A program made the position numbers and the translations under genes. From Octopus bimaculoides (Eukaryota): a DNA stretch of 38,088 nt. The stretch is from assembly GCF_001194135.2 (NCBI RefSeq), contig NC_069000.1:46894034-46932121 (forward strand), in the 5' to 3' direction. Below are positions 1 to 12,305 of this stretch, piece after piece. The notes under the pieces are model-generated. The model saw nothing but the letters and a program-made list of their open reading frames with translations, was not told where the DNA came from and did no database searches. The first letter of the stretch is position 1. Every line of letters starts with the position of its first letter.

Positions 1-131
1 AGAGACGTATGTATATATGCATACAATATATATAAGTATATATACGCAAACATATCTATATATAGGTATATAATATATATATACGAGTATATATATGTAT
101 ATATACATATATATATATACATATATATACG

Positions 132-174
<43 letters not shown>

Positions 175-269
175 TAGTATTTACATATTTGTGTTCTGCT
201 CAGTGAAATGTTGTGAGGAAGTAAGTGGAGTTAATTATGTTTGAGACAGATTTAAAAAGAATATTAACA

Positions 270-304
270 AAGAACATCGTCGTCGTCGTCGCCACCACCG
301 CTAC

Positions 305-341
<37 letters not shown>

Positions 342-395
342 GTCGTCGTCGTCGTCATCACCACCACGATCATCTACCACCCCCACCAGCAGCAA
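270..395 (+). repeat. Compound trinucleotide microsatellite (GTC/ATC/ACC/CAG)
   Basis: Visible directly; explains ORF 225-476. Confidence 0.95.
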
Positions 396-495
396 CAACA
401 TCAACGAAATAGACTCCTAAAAACATGTATGCAGCATCACCACCATCAGAAATGTCCTCGTCTCCTTTTGAACTAATTAAACTCGCATATACACT

Positions 496-1427
496 NNNNN
501 NNNNNNNNNNNNNNNNNNNNNNNNNNNNNNNNNNNNNNNNNNNNNNNNNNNNNNNNNNNNNNNNNNNNNNNNNNNNNNNNNNNNNNNNNNNNNNNNNNNN
601 NNNNNNNNNNNNNNNNNNNNNNNNNNNNNNNNNNNNNNNNNNNNNNNNNNNNNNNNNNNNNNNNNNNNNNNNNNNNNNNNNNNNNNNNNNNNNNNNNNNN
701 NNNNNNNNNNNNNNNNNNNNNNNNNNNNNNNNNNNNNNNNNNNNNNNNNNNNNNNNNNNNNNNNNNNNNNNNNNNNNNNNNNNNNNNNNNNNNNNNNNNN
801 NNNNNNNNNNNNNNNNNNNNNNNNNNNNNNNNNNNNNNNNNNNNNNNNNNNNNNNNNNNNNNNNNNNNNNNNNNNNNNNNNNNNNNNNNNNNNNNNNNNN
901 NNNNNNNNNNNNNNNNNNNNNNNNNNNNNNNNNNNNNNNNNNNNNNNNNNNNNNNNNNNNNNNNNNNNNNNNNNNNNNNNNNNNNNNNNNNNNNNNNNNN
1001 NNNNNNNNNNNNNNNNNNNNNNNNNNNNNNNNNNNNNNNNNNNNNNNNNNNNNNNNNNNNNNNNNNNNNNNNNNNNNNNNNNNNNNNNNNNNNNNNNNNN
1101 NNNNNNNNNNNNNNNNNNNNNNNNNNNNNNNNNNNNNNNNNNNNNNNNNNNNNNNNNNNNNNNNNNNNNNNNNNNNNNNNNNNNNNNNNNNNNNNNNNNN
1201 NNNNNNNNNNNNNNNNNNNNNNNNNNNNNNNNNNNNNNNNNNNNNNNNNNNNNNNNNNNNNNNNNNNNNNNNNNNNNNNNNNNNNNNNNNNNNNNNNNNN
1301 NNNNNNNNNNNNNNNNNNNNNNNNNNNNNNNNNNNNNNNNNNNNNNNNNNNNNNNNNNNNNNNNNNNNNNNNNNNNNNNNNNNNNNNNNNNNNNNNNNNN
1401 NNNNNNNNNNNNNNNNNNNNNNNNNNN
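496..1427. other. Assembly gap (largest of nine N-runs)
   Basis: N-runs at 496-1427, 3231-3585, 4932-5407, 10853-10862, 17829-17950, 27013-27034, 27873-27882, 32135-32728 and 33890-34330. Confidence 1.
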
Positions 1428-1884
1428 ATATATATATATATACACGCCACATATAGATATGTGTGGACGTGTACGTATGTGTGAGTGAGTGGGTGTGTTT
1501 GTGTGTATGTGGGTGTTTGTGTGGGTCTGTGTGTATATGTGTGTCTGAGTGAGTGTATGTGTGTGTGTGTGTACCTGATTAGATGTCAGCTCATAAAGTG
1601 GACCAGCCAGGACACCTCGGGTGGAGTCAGTTTGGGTAGATATGAAATGAACCGGGTGGCCATTGGGAATGAAAGACACCGTAGAAAGCTGGGTGAAGTT
1701 TGCACACGTACACACGTAGGCGCATTTACTCGACAGACATTCTGACACTTATACGGGTACATACTGATATTTAAATACACAGATATGTGTATACACATAC
1801 ACACGAGCATTGGTGTACAATTACGAAGTTATACCCATTGTTGCATATCCATACACGTATACACCCCCACCCCACCACACCCCA

Positions 1885-1973
<89 letters not shown>

Positions 1974-2424
1974 TAAATATATATAATTATAATGAAAAAT
2001 GCGGGCGCATGCATGTTAATATTTTAAGTTGTTAGACCTGGAAAAGTACAGAACAAGATTTCTACAGTAGAATTTGCCTAATTTGTCATCTCTGAAGGAA
2101 ACTAAAAAGTCCTTAAAATTAAAATTCTACTCTACTTAAAATATTGCAGCCGAGAATAACATTTTTAAAATTTACGATATTTTATTAAAACAAAAATTAT
2201 AAAAACATGACTGGGTTTTTCCAAAAATAAGCCCATCTGATTTTCAGCCTATGGGCTTAGATTCAGAAACCCTTTTCTTGTATAGCCCCAGTAATTTTTA
2301 TTGTTTTCAGAAAAGAAATTATTTAATCAAAATTATTTAAGTCTGTATTTAAGCCCATCGGTTTAGTTTGGGAAAAATCAGTATTTTAAAAACGAAATAA
2401 AATAAAATTAATTTTTAAAAAATA

Positions 2425-2528
2425 CAGTAGAATTCGTCTAATTAGTCGTCCCCAGGAGAAAATTGAAAGTGACGAATTATTAGGTGAAGTAACAAATTAG
2501 CCAAAGACTAATTAGGCTAATTCTACTG
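2425..2528. mobile_element. Small pogo/Tigger-like MITE
   Basis: TA|CAGTAGAATTCGTCTAATTAGTC ... GACTAATTAGGCTAATTCTACTG: ~23-bp imperfect TIRs. A related left end TA|CAGTAGAATTTGCCTAATTTGTC lies at 2065. Confidence 0.55.
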
Positions 2529-3197
2529 GATTAATGCTAATTAATAAATTTTACTTATGATTTATTTGTCAGATAAAATTTTGTTTTAATGGGGGAAAAA
2601 TTGACTGAGCATATGTTGATTTGAAACCATTTAATGACCATTCTACTGCTACAAATGTGGGAACAATGTTGTGCAATATTCTTTACAACTTCATATTATC
2701 GATACCACATCAATATTACGTCACGTGATAATCATAAATTCGACATTTGAATAATCAAGCATTTATTTTAATAAGTAGTTGTTGTTATTGTTATATTAAT
2801 TAATAACACATTACGGTAATTAATTCAAATGTTCTTTCGTTCCAACAGGAATGCGGCTCCCCACGTCCGGATACAATCAGCAGGCGGCGTGCGAACGTAA
2901 AACTTATTATCATCAGTATCCAGTTCAGACTGATGCCACCCAACTGCAAGCACCGGCTTATTTTGACAAATGTGCCATGTGACCCCCACAGGAAGACCGA
3001 GAAACGAACAAGATGGCCGCTGTTTCAATCGGCTCCAATCGATATTTCTCATAGGTACATATGTTATATATATATATGTGTGTGTGTGTATATATATTAT
3101 ATGACTGAATATAAAACAGACATATATATACATATATATACATATATATTCATACATATATATACATATATATACACATACATACATATATATACGC

Positions 3198-3230
<33 letters not shown>

Positions 3231-3937
3231 NNNNNNNNNNNNNNNNNNNNNNNNNNNNNNNNNNNNNNNNNNNNNNNNNNNNNNNNNNNNNNNNNNNNNN
3301 NNNNNNNNNNNNNNNNNNNNNNNNNNNNNNNNNNNNNNNNNNNNNNNNNNNNNNNNNNNNNNNNNNNNNNNNNNNNNNNNNNNNNNNNNNNNNNNNNNNN
3401 NNNNNNNNNNNNNNNNNNNNNNNNNNNNNNNNNNNNNNNNNNNNNNNNNNNNNNNNNNNNNNNNNNNNNNNNNNNNNNNNNNNNNNNNNNNNNNNNNNNN
3501 NNNNNNNNNNNNNNNNNNNNNNNNNNNNNNNNNNNNNNNNNNNNNNNNNNNNNNNNNNNNNNNNNNNNNNNNNNNNNNNNNNNNNTATATATATATATAT
3601 ATATATATGCATATATATACATACATATATATATACATATATATGTATATAGTTGAAGATTTTATGAAAAATTTATTACAAGTTAGTAATATGGAAATTT
3701 ATGGTTCGAGTCATATAGGGGAATACAGCATGTTAATCCTCGGATTGTTTTTGGGAGTTTTTTCATATTATATAAATGACTATGATGCATATATTTGCAT
3801 GCATGCATGCACGTACACACAGACACACACAGAAACATACATACATCCATACACACACACACATATATATATACATATATATAGGTAAGGTTTATAGCTA
3901 TTCATTCAAGTGTGTAGACTGGTAGGCGGTAGAGTTA

Positions 3938-4800
3938 TTCCTAACGTTTCGAAAAAGTTACTTCTTCAAAGAGTTACTAAATATTTTCTTTGTTTTTACT
4001 CAACGAGAGATTAGAAACATTAGAGAATAACGGGAAATGGCAAGGGTTAGTAGTCAGGTGACGGAAACGAGAAAATTGATGGACGGAAAAGGAGAAAACG
4101 AAATCATAAGAACGATAAAGAAAACGGTGCGTTTAGACTGAGATAGACTGGTTAGTTTAAAGGATGTTTTGTGTTTCTGCTGTTGCTCAGTTGTGTGAAC
4201 CACCGCAAGAAGCTTGTGAACAGCAGGATTTACACACGGTGTTACACGAATAGGTGAAAGTAGAAGGTCGGTTAGAAGTTTGTGTAAGTTGAAGCCACTT
4301 TGGTACGCATTGCAACACCACAAAATTATTGGTAAAATTCACTGGAAAACGAGAAGCAATTTAGATTGAGGATGAACTGATTAAGATGGAGTGGGGTGGT
4401 AGATTTGGGTATGAATAGGGTTGGTAGTCTAGAGTGTGTTTAAGGATGTATAGAGACGCTTGAAGAAATGATGGTGTAGGATGATTTAACGTTCATAGGG
4501 AGTAGAAGTTGAAAATATCTTCGGGATATAAAGAACAACATGAAGTGGTTTGAGATAATGTTGACGCGTTTACTATGCGTTTCTGAGGCGAAAATGCGGA
4601 ATGATACGATTTGATCGGAGGTATCCGGAGAGAATTTCGGTGGGAAAGAAGTTAGAGGAAGTACACAGTATTGTTGGTAGGTAGTAATGATGAAGAGGGA
4701 AGTGAATTAGAAAAGATGAGTTCGTGCGGTCGTGTTGCCATTAACAGATGGGACAACTATTAACAGATAGGACGACCAACAGAGACCACAATTTTTAAGG
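3938..4800 (-). mobile_element. Decayed Penelope-like retroelement 3' portion (GIY-YIG remnant) with a degenerate hammerhead-like end
   Basis: ORF 4054-4323 (WCCNAYQSGFNLHKLLTDLLLSPIRVTP...LLAVVH) loosely echoes the GIY-YIG C..C..YIG.T...L..R..EH...VA.H pattern. The minus-strand end CTCTTTGAAGAAG...TCGAAACGTTAGG resembles PLE terminal hammerhead motifs. Confidence 0.45.
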
Positions 4801-5891
4801 TCAAATTTCCCGCCTTCCGAGGCTTCAAACTTGCAGTTCAGGAAGAAAGCCTTCAGTTGGGTCCGACTGAGGAAGAATTTGGTATGAAGTGGTATAAATG
4901 TCGCTTATATATTAACAAGATATATATATATNNNNNNNNNNNNNNNNNNNNNNNNNNNNNNNNNNNNNNNNNNNNNNNNNNNNNNNNNNNNNNNNNNNNN
5001 NNNNNNNNNNNNNNNNNNNNNNNNNNNNNNNNNNNNNNNNNNNNNNNNNNNNNNNNNNNNNNNNNNNNNNNNNNNNNNNNNNNNNNNNNNNNNNNNNNNN
5101 NNNNNNNNNNNNNNNNNNNNNNNNNNNNNNNNNNNNNNNNNNNNNNNNNNNNNNNNNNNNNNNNNNNNNNNNNNNNNNNNNNNNNNNNNNNNNNNNNNNN
5201 NNNNNNNNNNNNNNNNNNNNNNNNNNNNNNNNNNNNNNNNNNNNNNNNNNNNNNNNNNNNNNNNNNNNNNNNNNNNNNNNNNNNNNNNNNNNNNNNNNNN
5301 NNNNNNNNNNNNNNNNNNNNNNNNNNNNNNNNNNNNNNNNNNNNNNNNNNNNNNNNNNNNNNNNNNNNNNNNNNNNNNNNNNNNNNNNNNNNNNNNNNNN
5401 NNNNNNNACAAATAATAAAAGATAATTAAACAAATAATAAAAGATAATTAAAAAAACATCATTCGATAATTTTGCGAACCATTCCACTGTATTTCGTGTT
5501 TTCATTTATTTCTTGTAATTGTTTTTCTTTTCTTTTTTTTTTTTTTTACATCGAAGCTGTTGATTCCTCGCGCTTGCATTGTCTTTGTTTAGTATTAAAA
5601 AAATTAAATCTGCTTCACAGTAATGTCAGAGAATTTTATAAGATTCTACCAAATTAAGAATCAAGGAGAAATTGGATAGAATGTCTCTCTTGTAGAACTG
5701 TCGTGGAAGAACCAGCGTTGTCTGCGTTCTTCCAACGAACATCCTTGGTCAACCACAACACGTGTGCGTGTATTGTTCATGTTTTCAGGACTCGAACCCA
5801 CATCTTTTATAAGCATGACAGATGTACCAAAACATTACTTCGAATTTCTACATCATTTTAAAAACTCTATTCTTACCAGCGAGAATTGTAT

Positions 5892-5962
5892 GTTGCTTTG
5901 ATTCAATGGTAGGATGCCTGTCGTGTTTACGGAAAATGTGGGTTCGTGTCTCAGCGGCAGCC
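5892..5962 (+). pseudogene. tRNA-like pseudogene or tRNA-derived SINE head
   Basis: Exact cloverleaf spacing: GTTGCTT TG ATTC AATGGTA GGAT G CCTGT CGTGTTT ACGGA AAAT GTGGG TTCGTGT CTCAG CGGCAGC. One mismatch each in the acceptor, anticodon and T stems, several G:U pairs, non-canonical anticodon loop; a T6 run follows within ~10 nt. Confidence 0.5.
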
Positions 5963-6370
5963 TCATTCTTTTTTATATACAAAAGGGTTTTTTTTAAACC
6001 CAGTATTTACATGCTACTATTTATAGCTTTATCCACTTTGACTTCAGCCTTTTAAAACGAATTATTTCACATTCTAGACATTTCTTAATTTCTTCCGGTG
6101 TCAACAATATATACATGCATGCATGTGTGTGTGTGTCTCTGTGTGTAATCAGTATTTTGTTCTGATTCTCTGGGCTCTGATTTTAAATTTTGCTGACGCT
6201 AACCCTGCGTTCCAAGCAATAAAAAAAGGATCATTGAAGGCGGCTGATTGAGTGAAGTGTAAGAACGAAGTTGTGTTACAGGGTTAATCCAGCCGAACAA
6301 AGAAAGGTAGGCAACGCGACACACGGAAATTGAACAGAAGCGTGTGACTCAGTCAATTGATAGGACAGAA

Positions 6371-6430
6371 GTTGTGTTACGTAAGACGCTGTGTTACGTA
6401 AGACGTGTTACGCAAGACGTTGTATTACAC
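6371..6430 (+). repeat. GTGTTACGTAAGAC short tandem units in a possible LTR-like segment
   Basis: Three to four degenerate 14-17-bp copies; GAAGTTGTGTTAC also occurs at ~6266. Confidence 0.7.
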
Positions 6431-7009
6431 GAGAAAGAAAATCTGTGACTGTCTCTATTCTTTAAACCTTTTGGAATCGAATGCTGTAATAACTAGGTCA
6501 TGGTGACAACCCATTCGTCATACAAACGATTTGTTCCCTAATCCACAAGTTGGTTGACCTTAACCCCAATTCGTATTTAAACCGTTTCCCGGTTCGTCTT
6601 TTAAATTATTTTCTTTATTTCCCTCCCATGAATGTTCTTGACCGTCATACCTTAAGTGTATCTGGGACTATGCAGATTTAACTGCTATTTCTAATATGTC
6701 GGTGACTGTAGAGAGACTCGGTTGTTGGCTCAGGAGAAATACTGACGTGTATTTAGATATAATGGATGCTCTAAATTAACAAAAATATCATAGAAATACT
6801 GAAAATAAATCGAATATGTTTGAGAAATGGTGCCTCCGTTAAACTGCAAATGTAACATGAATGGGGTGAGAGTAAAAAAACGGTTTGGTTCCAAGAGGTA
6901 AGTGCTCTTAGTATTAATACTAAAGTTGTCGTTCTTCATTTTGTTTTGTTTTTTAATATATATAAAATGGAGACTTGCTTACAGAGAAAGAAAAAATTAC
7001 TAAATAAAA

Positions 7010-7414
7010 GGCGTAGGAGTGGCTGTGTGGTAAGTAGCTTGCTTACCAACCACATAGTTCCGGGTTCAGTCCCACTGCGTGGCACCTTGGGCAAGTGTCT
7101 TCTACTATAGCCTCGGATTGACCAAAGCCTTGTGAGTGGATTTGGTAGACGGAAACTGAAAGAAGCCCGTCGTATATATGTATATATATATGTGTGTGTG
7201 TGTATGTTTGTGTGTCTGTGTTTGTCCCTCAAAACATCGCTTGACAACCGGTACTGGTGTGTTTACGTCCCCGTAACTTAGCGGTTCGGCAAAAGATACT
7301 GATAGAATAAGTACTAGGCTTACAAAGAATAAGCTCTGGGGTCAACTTGCTCGACTAAAGGCGGTGCTCCAGCATGACCGCAGTCAAATGACTGAAACAA
7401 GTAAAAGAGTAAAA
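7010..7414 (+). mobile_element. tRNA-derived SINE, family A, near full length
   Basis: A-box-like TGGCTGTGTGG and B-box-like GGTTCAGTCCC in the head, internal (TA)/(TG) tract, tail ...GACTGAAACAAGTAAAAGAGTAAAA. Several homologous copies occur in this window. Confidence 0.85.
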
Positions 7415-8041
7415 CACATGACCGGATACAATAATAGCTTCACCTTATCAAGCTACAGTGTTACAATGTTTGTTTAATCCCAGATATTTACTGATCACAG
7501 ATTATTAAGCGTTTCTAATAGGCTCAAGACCTGAAATTTTCTTTCTGATCCTCAGAATATTTTAGCGAAATCTTGAAATTCTTCAAAACGTTTTTGGGAA
7601 ACTTTCAGACAAGAGAAAAGCTAAAAAGTTCACTGCAAATACGATGGCGTCCAAGGGAAGCAACACCTGTTGGCTCCATGTAAATTAAAGGGAAATAACT
7701 TTAAATAAATTTAAATGTTGAAGTGAATCTAACGGCTTTTTGTGTGCTTTTAAATGGCTTATAAACACCTTCCACGCTGCAATTATTAACTTTTTTTAGT
7801 TATTGAAAAAAATGTGTTTAACAGATAACGGTAGGAGGGAATACTATTCAATGAGATGCATGTATTTCTCATGAGAAACTGGATAAATCCAATGATCCAT
7901 AAGAATAATATTGCATTTAGTTTACAAATAAAAATTCTGAGTTCTAATCGATTTTGTGGCTCATACATCGATAACGTTTGAGGGGCGATCTATTCGTGGG
8001 CTGCTAGATGTTTTCTTGGTAATTTCTCTAATTTAAATACA

Positions 8042-8414
8042 TTTTTGCTCATCCCATAAATAATGCGGTTTTTTTATACTTTTATTTTTCAAAATTAAGA
8101 TAAACGAAGTTCTTTTTTAATTTAAAATATACTCTCTATCATTTTCTACAATGCTCTTCTATCTGTCTGGTAGACTTGCAAGGCCCCTCTTCCAAAATTC
8201 ATTTGTCCGTGACGAAAAATACTCCTCCAGTACTGTTTTGACCTCCTCTACAGAATTCATATTTTCTCTGTCCAAAACCAGCACTAAGAATAAGTACAAG
8301 GTGAAATTACTGCCTGCTTTTATAGCAAGCTGATGCAGGAAGTTTATCCCGTCCTCCTCCAACATTTAGTTCATGGAATTGGAAAAACCGCACTATTTAT
8401 GGGATGATCCAATA
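8042..8414 (-). mobile_element. Internally deleted mariner element carrying the transposase C-terminus
   Basis: Terminal inverted repeats TCATCCCATAAATA(A/G)TGCGGTTTTT at ~8049-8074 and ~8383-8408, the right one ending in TA. The minus strand encodes MNSVEEVKTVLEEYFSSRTNEFWKRGLASLPDR*KSIVENDREYI, a typical mariner C-terminal helix (GI..LP.RW......GEY). Confidence 0.85.
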
Positions 8415-9149
8415 TTTGTGAGTCATTGAGTAGCTGATAGCTGTTCGGAGAGTCTTTTGAGTCAAGGTTTGTTTAATTCTGTTTATTTTAAAGGTTGTTC
8501 TTTGCTTTGTTTTTATAAATATTTTATATTTTTCGCGTTGATTTTTGTTAAAAGTAATAAAAGTTGGTTGGTCTTCTTAGGATCCGTTCGTGCTGTGGCT
8601 CCCCGGATTTCCTATAAGCTGAGGACATCATTAATTTTGATAAGGAGGGTAAATTTAATGAGATTAGTAAAACACAAGTGCACTCGTTAGATTGTTTCCT
8701 GGGCTTGCGGAGGTTCGTCAAACACATTTCGATTTCCCATAACCATTATCACTGACGAAAATATGGATGGGGGAGGGGGTATTCGTGTATATTTTGATTA
8801 TATAAGACGATATAATAGACATATGGGCCACAGGGAAATATTAATGAAAAATTATCAAAATGGGACCGTTACAAACAGAAGGTACTGACCCCCTGTTGTT
8901 GCTGTAAATATTTCCAGAAATAAGAGAAATATTTCATGATTGATTCAGTTGAAACAAAAGAAAATCTAAATCAAATAATAAACAAAAAACGGTGGTCATT
9001 ATCTTCAGTAACCTTGTGTCTCTCTCTCAGAAACTAATGTTACCTCAAAAATAATGACGTCTGCTGTGAATGACTTCACTAATTTACATATTACAGGTTT
9101 GGTGGTGCAAACAGGAAAAAATAGAAGTCAAAACGTGTCTGTGTGTGTT

Positions 9150-9281
9150 AACAGAATCGTTAGCACGCTGGATGAAGTGCTTAGCGGTATTTCGCCCGTC
9201 GCTCCGATCTGAGTTCAAATTCCACCGAGGTTGACTTTGCGTTTCATCCTTTCGGGATCGATAAAAATAAGTAACAGTTGA
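9150..9281 (+). mobile_element. SINE family B fragment
   Basis: GAATCGTTAGCAC...GAGTTCAAATTCC.CCGAGGT.GACTTTGC.TTTCATCC..TCGATAAA...AAGTA is shared with three other copies. Confidence 0.75.
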
Positions 9282-9778
9282 AAACAATATTGTATATTTT
9301 AGAAACGTGTTGAGATTGTATTTTATTTAATGAAATCAAAATAAAACAATACAAATGTTACACTGTGTCTACCAGTCACTTTATCTTTGGTTATTCACTA
9401 ACTGCTGAGGGAAAATAGCAAACACTGGCTCCGCACCGACGACGAGTAGCAACGAACTTAGCAACGGTAGTTGTACACATGGCATCACATGTGTATATCT
9501 GCTCGTCTGTGTATGTATGCACGTGTGTTTGACAATGTTATATACATCATATAGATACGTTGTATATATACATATGCATATATATATATATATATATATA
9601 TCAATGATACATTGTGTATATATATATATATATAGATATATATATATATGCTAGTTCCCTTCGTCATGGCCGGTATATATATATACACACATGTATACAC
9701 GATATATATAGATATATTTGTACATTATATATATACAAATGTATATATAAACATATATACATTTATATATATTCGTAG

Positions 9779-9811
<33 letters not shown>

Positions 9812-9963
9812 CAAACACATGCACATCTATATTATATTGTATTTACGTATATATATATATATATCTATATATATATATATGCATGTATGTGTGTATAGTA
9901 ATTACGTGTATACATATATGCGCATGTCTATAACAATATACGCGTGTGTATGCATGTGTCATA

Positions 9964-10622
9964 CAGGGTGACATGCACAAGAAAGTAGCCCAGGTGCCAC
10001 AGCATGGAGTAAATACAGAAATAAATGTAGAAGCACGAAAAAGAGACGAGCCTTTCGTATTGCGAGTGTCGTTCGTTATTTTGGTCTGTGGTTTGTAATT
10101 GCTGAACAAAGACAGCACCCTATAGCCGACTGTTCGCTACGTTCTTCTCACCACATTAGTCGATTGTAAGAATGCATCGAAGGAACATCTCTAATTCTTT
10201 CCACAACATTACAAGCTCAATAGCAGAAAGAGTAGAGACTGTGGAAGTATATATGAGGACGGGTTCTTTTAAGCAAATACGTGAAATTTGTTAAGGTTTC
10301 CGGGTAATAGCTTTTATCAACTAAGAGAACAAAACTAATGTTGCCTTAGAAGTGGCGTGCTATGGGGTCAGTGCATAATGCCCCAAAATAATGAGACCCT
10401 GCAGTTCCGATGCCGGAAGTTATTCGGGACATTCGCCAAAAGATTACTTGATATCCAAAGAAGTCAACACATAAACTGGTGTCCACAGCCTCACACGAGC
10501 AAGAGGTAGGAAAGTCTGGAGTTGAAACCAAAGCATTTCGCATGTGTCCAGCACTTATAAGACTTATTTCTGTATTTACACTATGCTATGGAACTCAGGA
10601 TAATTTTTCATGTACAACCCTG
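9964..10622 (+). mobile_element. Internally deleted Tc1/mariner-superfamily element (CAGGGT ends; maT/DD37D-like by inference) with decayed transposase N-terminus
   Basis: TA on both flanks; ~60-bp imperfect TIRs (CAGGGT...CCA(C/T)AGCAT(G/A)G(A/T)GTAAATACAGAAATAA). Internal stop- and frameshift-ridden translation ERVETVEVYMRTGSFKQIRE / KWRAMGSVHNAPK / YPKKSTHKL / LKPKHFACVQHL resembles the HTH region of these transposases. Confidence 0.8.
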
Positions 10623-10637
10623 TACATATATATATAG

Positions 10638-10678
<41 letters not shown>

Positions 10679-10717
10679 TATATACACATATATATATATA
10701 TATATACATATATATAT

Positions 10718-10770
<53 letters not shown>

Positions 10771-12019
10771 CATATTTATATGTGACATTCAATACTTCAT
10801 TTCATTTTACTATTTATATTATATATTCCATATTCTATATCCCACATTAATTNNNNNNNNNNAACATAAAAAACAGACAGAGTTGGAACTCTTTTAAATA
10901 ATATATATATATACGTATTTATATACATATATAAATATTCATACATATACACTTATATACATCCATATATACACATATATACATCCATATATACACACAC
11001 ACACACACATATATATATACATATATAAACATATAAATATATACATACATATACATACATATACATATATATAGACACATATATAAATACATATTTAAAT
11101 ATACATATGTAGTTACATATATACATATATATATACACATACACATATATATATACATAGACATATACACACATATATATATATATATACACATACATGT
11201 GTGTATATATATATATGTACGTGTGTATATATATATGTATATATAAATGTGTATGTTTACGCAGGTGTGTATTGATAAATGTATGCTTAGAGAGAGAGAG
11301 AGAGATAGACCCACCAGAATGTGCTGGATAAGTCAACATGTTGTAACGAGAGATTTGAATTCAATGAAGAGCCAAATGCTTACATATATGGCTACAGCAC
11401 AACTATTCCTGCCTGATCTCTCCCTGGGTTCATGTAAGGAACCTGCCCTGCATGCGGTCAATACAAAAATCCCATTCCTCGGACAAATTTAAAGAACTAA
11501 TCGATTTCCCATGGGTGGGGATGTATTTAGAAGGTTTTTCTTGTCCTTGGTTTCTGTTTTTCTTCTCAACGCCTCCTCTTTCTTTTCTCGTTTCTTCTTC
11601 CTTCTTTTCTGTGAATTCGATGTTTCCTTCCCCTTTCATTTCCCCATTTTAAATTCTCCTTTTAATGACCTTCATCTCCCATAAATATCTGTTTAAGGCC
11701 TTGCAGATGGGAAGCAATACTGACCGCATCGAAACACTGTAATGCCTCACTCTGTGTTTTCAAATAGACTACACTGGGGAAAAAACTGTAAATACACAGT
11801 AAAATTCCTCGTATGAAAAACTATGCAGTTAGTGCACAGCCTATCACCAGGTACACAGCAGAGCCTTGTCAGTACGAAATCTGGGTGCAAGGGATTAAGG
11901 CCTTCAGCTGGAACACCTTCACCCCAACCCTCTCACAGCCTTTTCTTTGGCCGAGTGGACATTAGGGTCAGCAACTAAGGCTGCTCCATGGCTTATCTTC
12001 CTTTTCGTTTTTACCCTTT

Positions 12020-12305
12020 TTTACTTTTCTTTCAGTCATTGCACCATGACCATACTGGAGTCCTAACCCCAGTACCTTTGTTTTTTTAAGCCTGGGACTT
12101 ACTCTATCAGTCACATTTGCCAGACTGCTAAGTTACAGGGACATAGATAAAGCAATAGCATCTCTCAAGCAGTGATAGCACACACACACACACACATATC
12201 TATATATACACATACACGGCAAGCTTCTTTCAATTTCCATCTACTAAACCAGCTTTGATCAGCCTGGGGCTATAACCAGACACTTTCCCAAGGTGCCACA
12301 CAGAT
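12020..12305 (-). mobile_element. Old, diverged SINE family A copy
   Basis: Degenerate matches in the correct order (GTGGCACCTTGGGAAAGTGTC, TAGATGGAAATTGAAAGAAGC, CTTAGCAGTCTGGCAAA, GACTGAAAGAAAAG). Confidence 0.65.

Noticed and set aside
225-476. 83-aa ORF with poly-Ile/Val/His runs
   Set aside because: Compound trinucleotide microsatellite; no splice or domain support.
370-1748. Long ORFs of 325-423 aa (also those spanning 3231-3585, 4932-5407, 32135-32728 and 33890-34330)
   Set aside because: They are open only because they run through N-gaps; the flanks are microsatellite translations.
5408-5452. Direct duplication of ACAAATAATAAAAGATAATTAA
   Set aside because: Sits at the edge of an N-gap; probably a contig-end artefact or trivial slippage.
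10576-11339. ORFs rich in YI/IY, HT/TH and CV/VC (here and throughout the window)
   Set aside because: Translations of (TA)n, (CA)n and (TG)n tracts that lack stops by composition.
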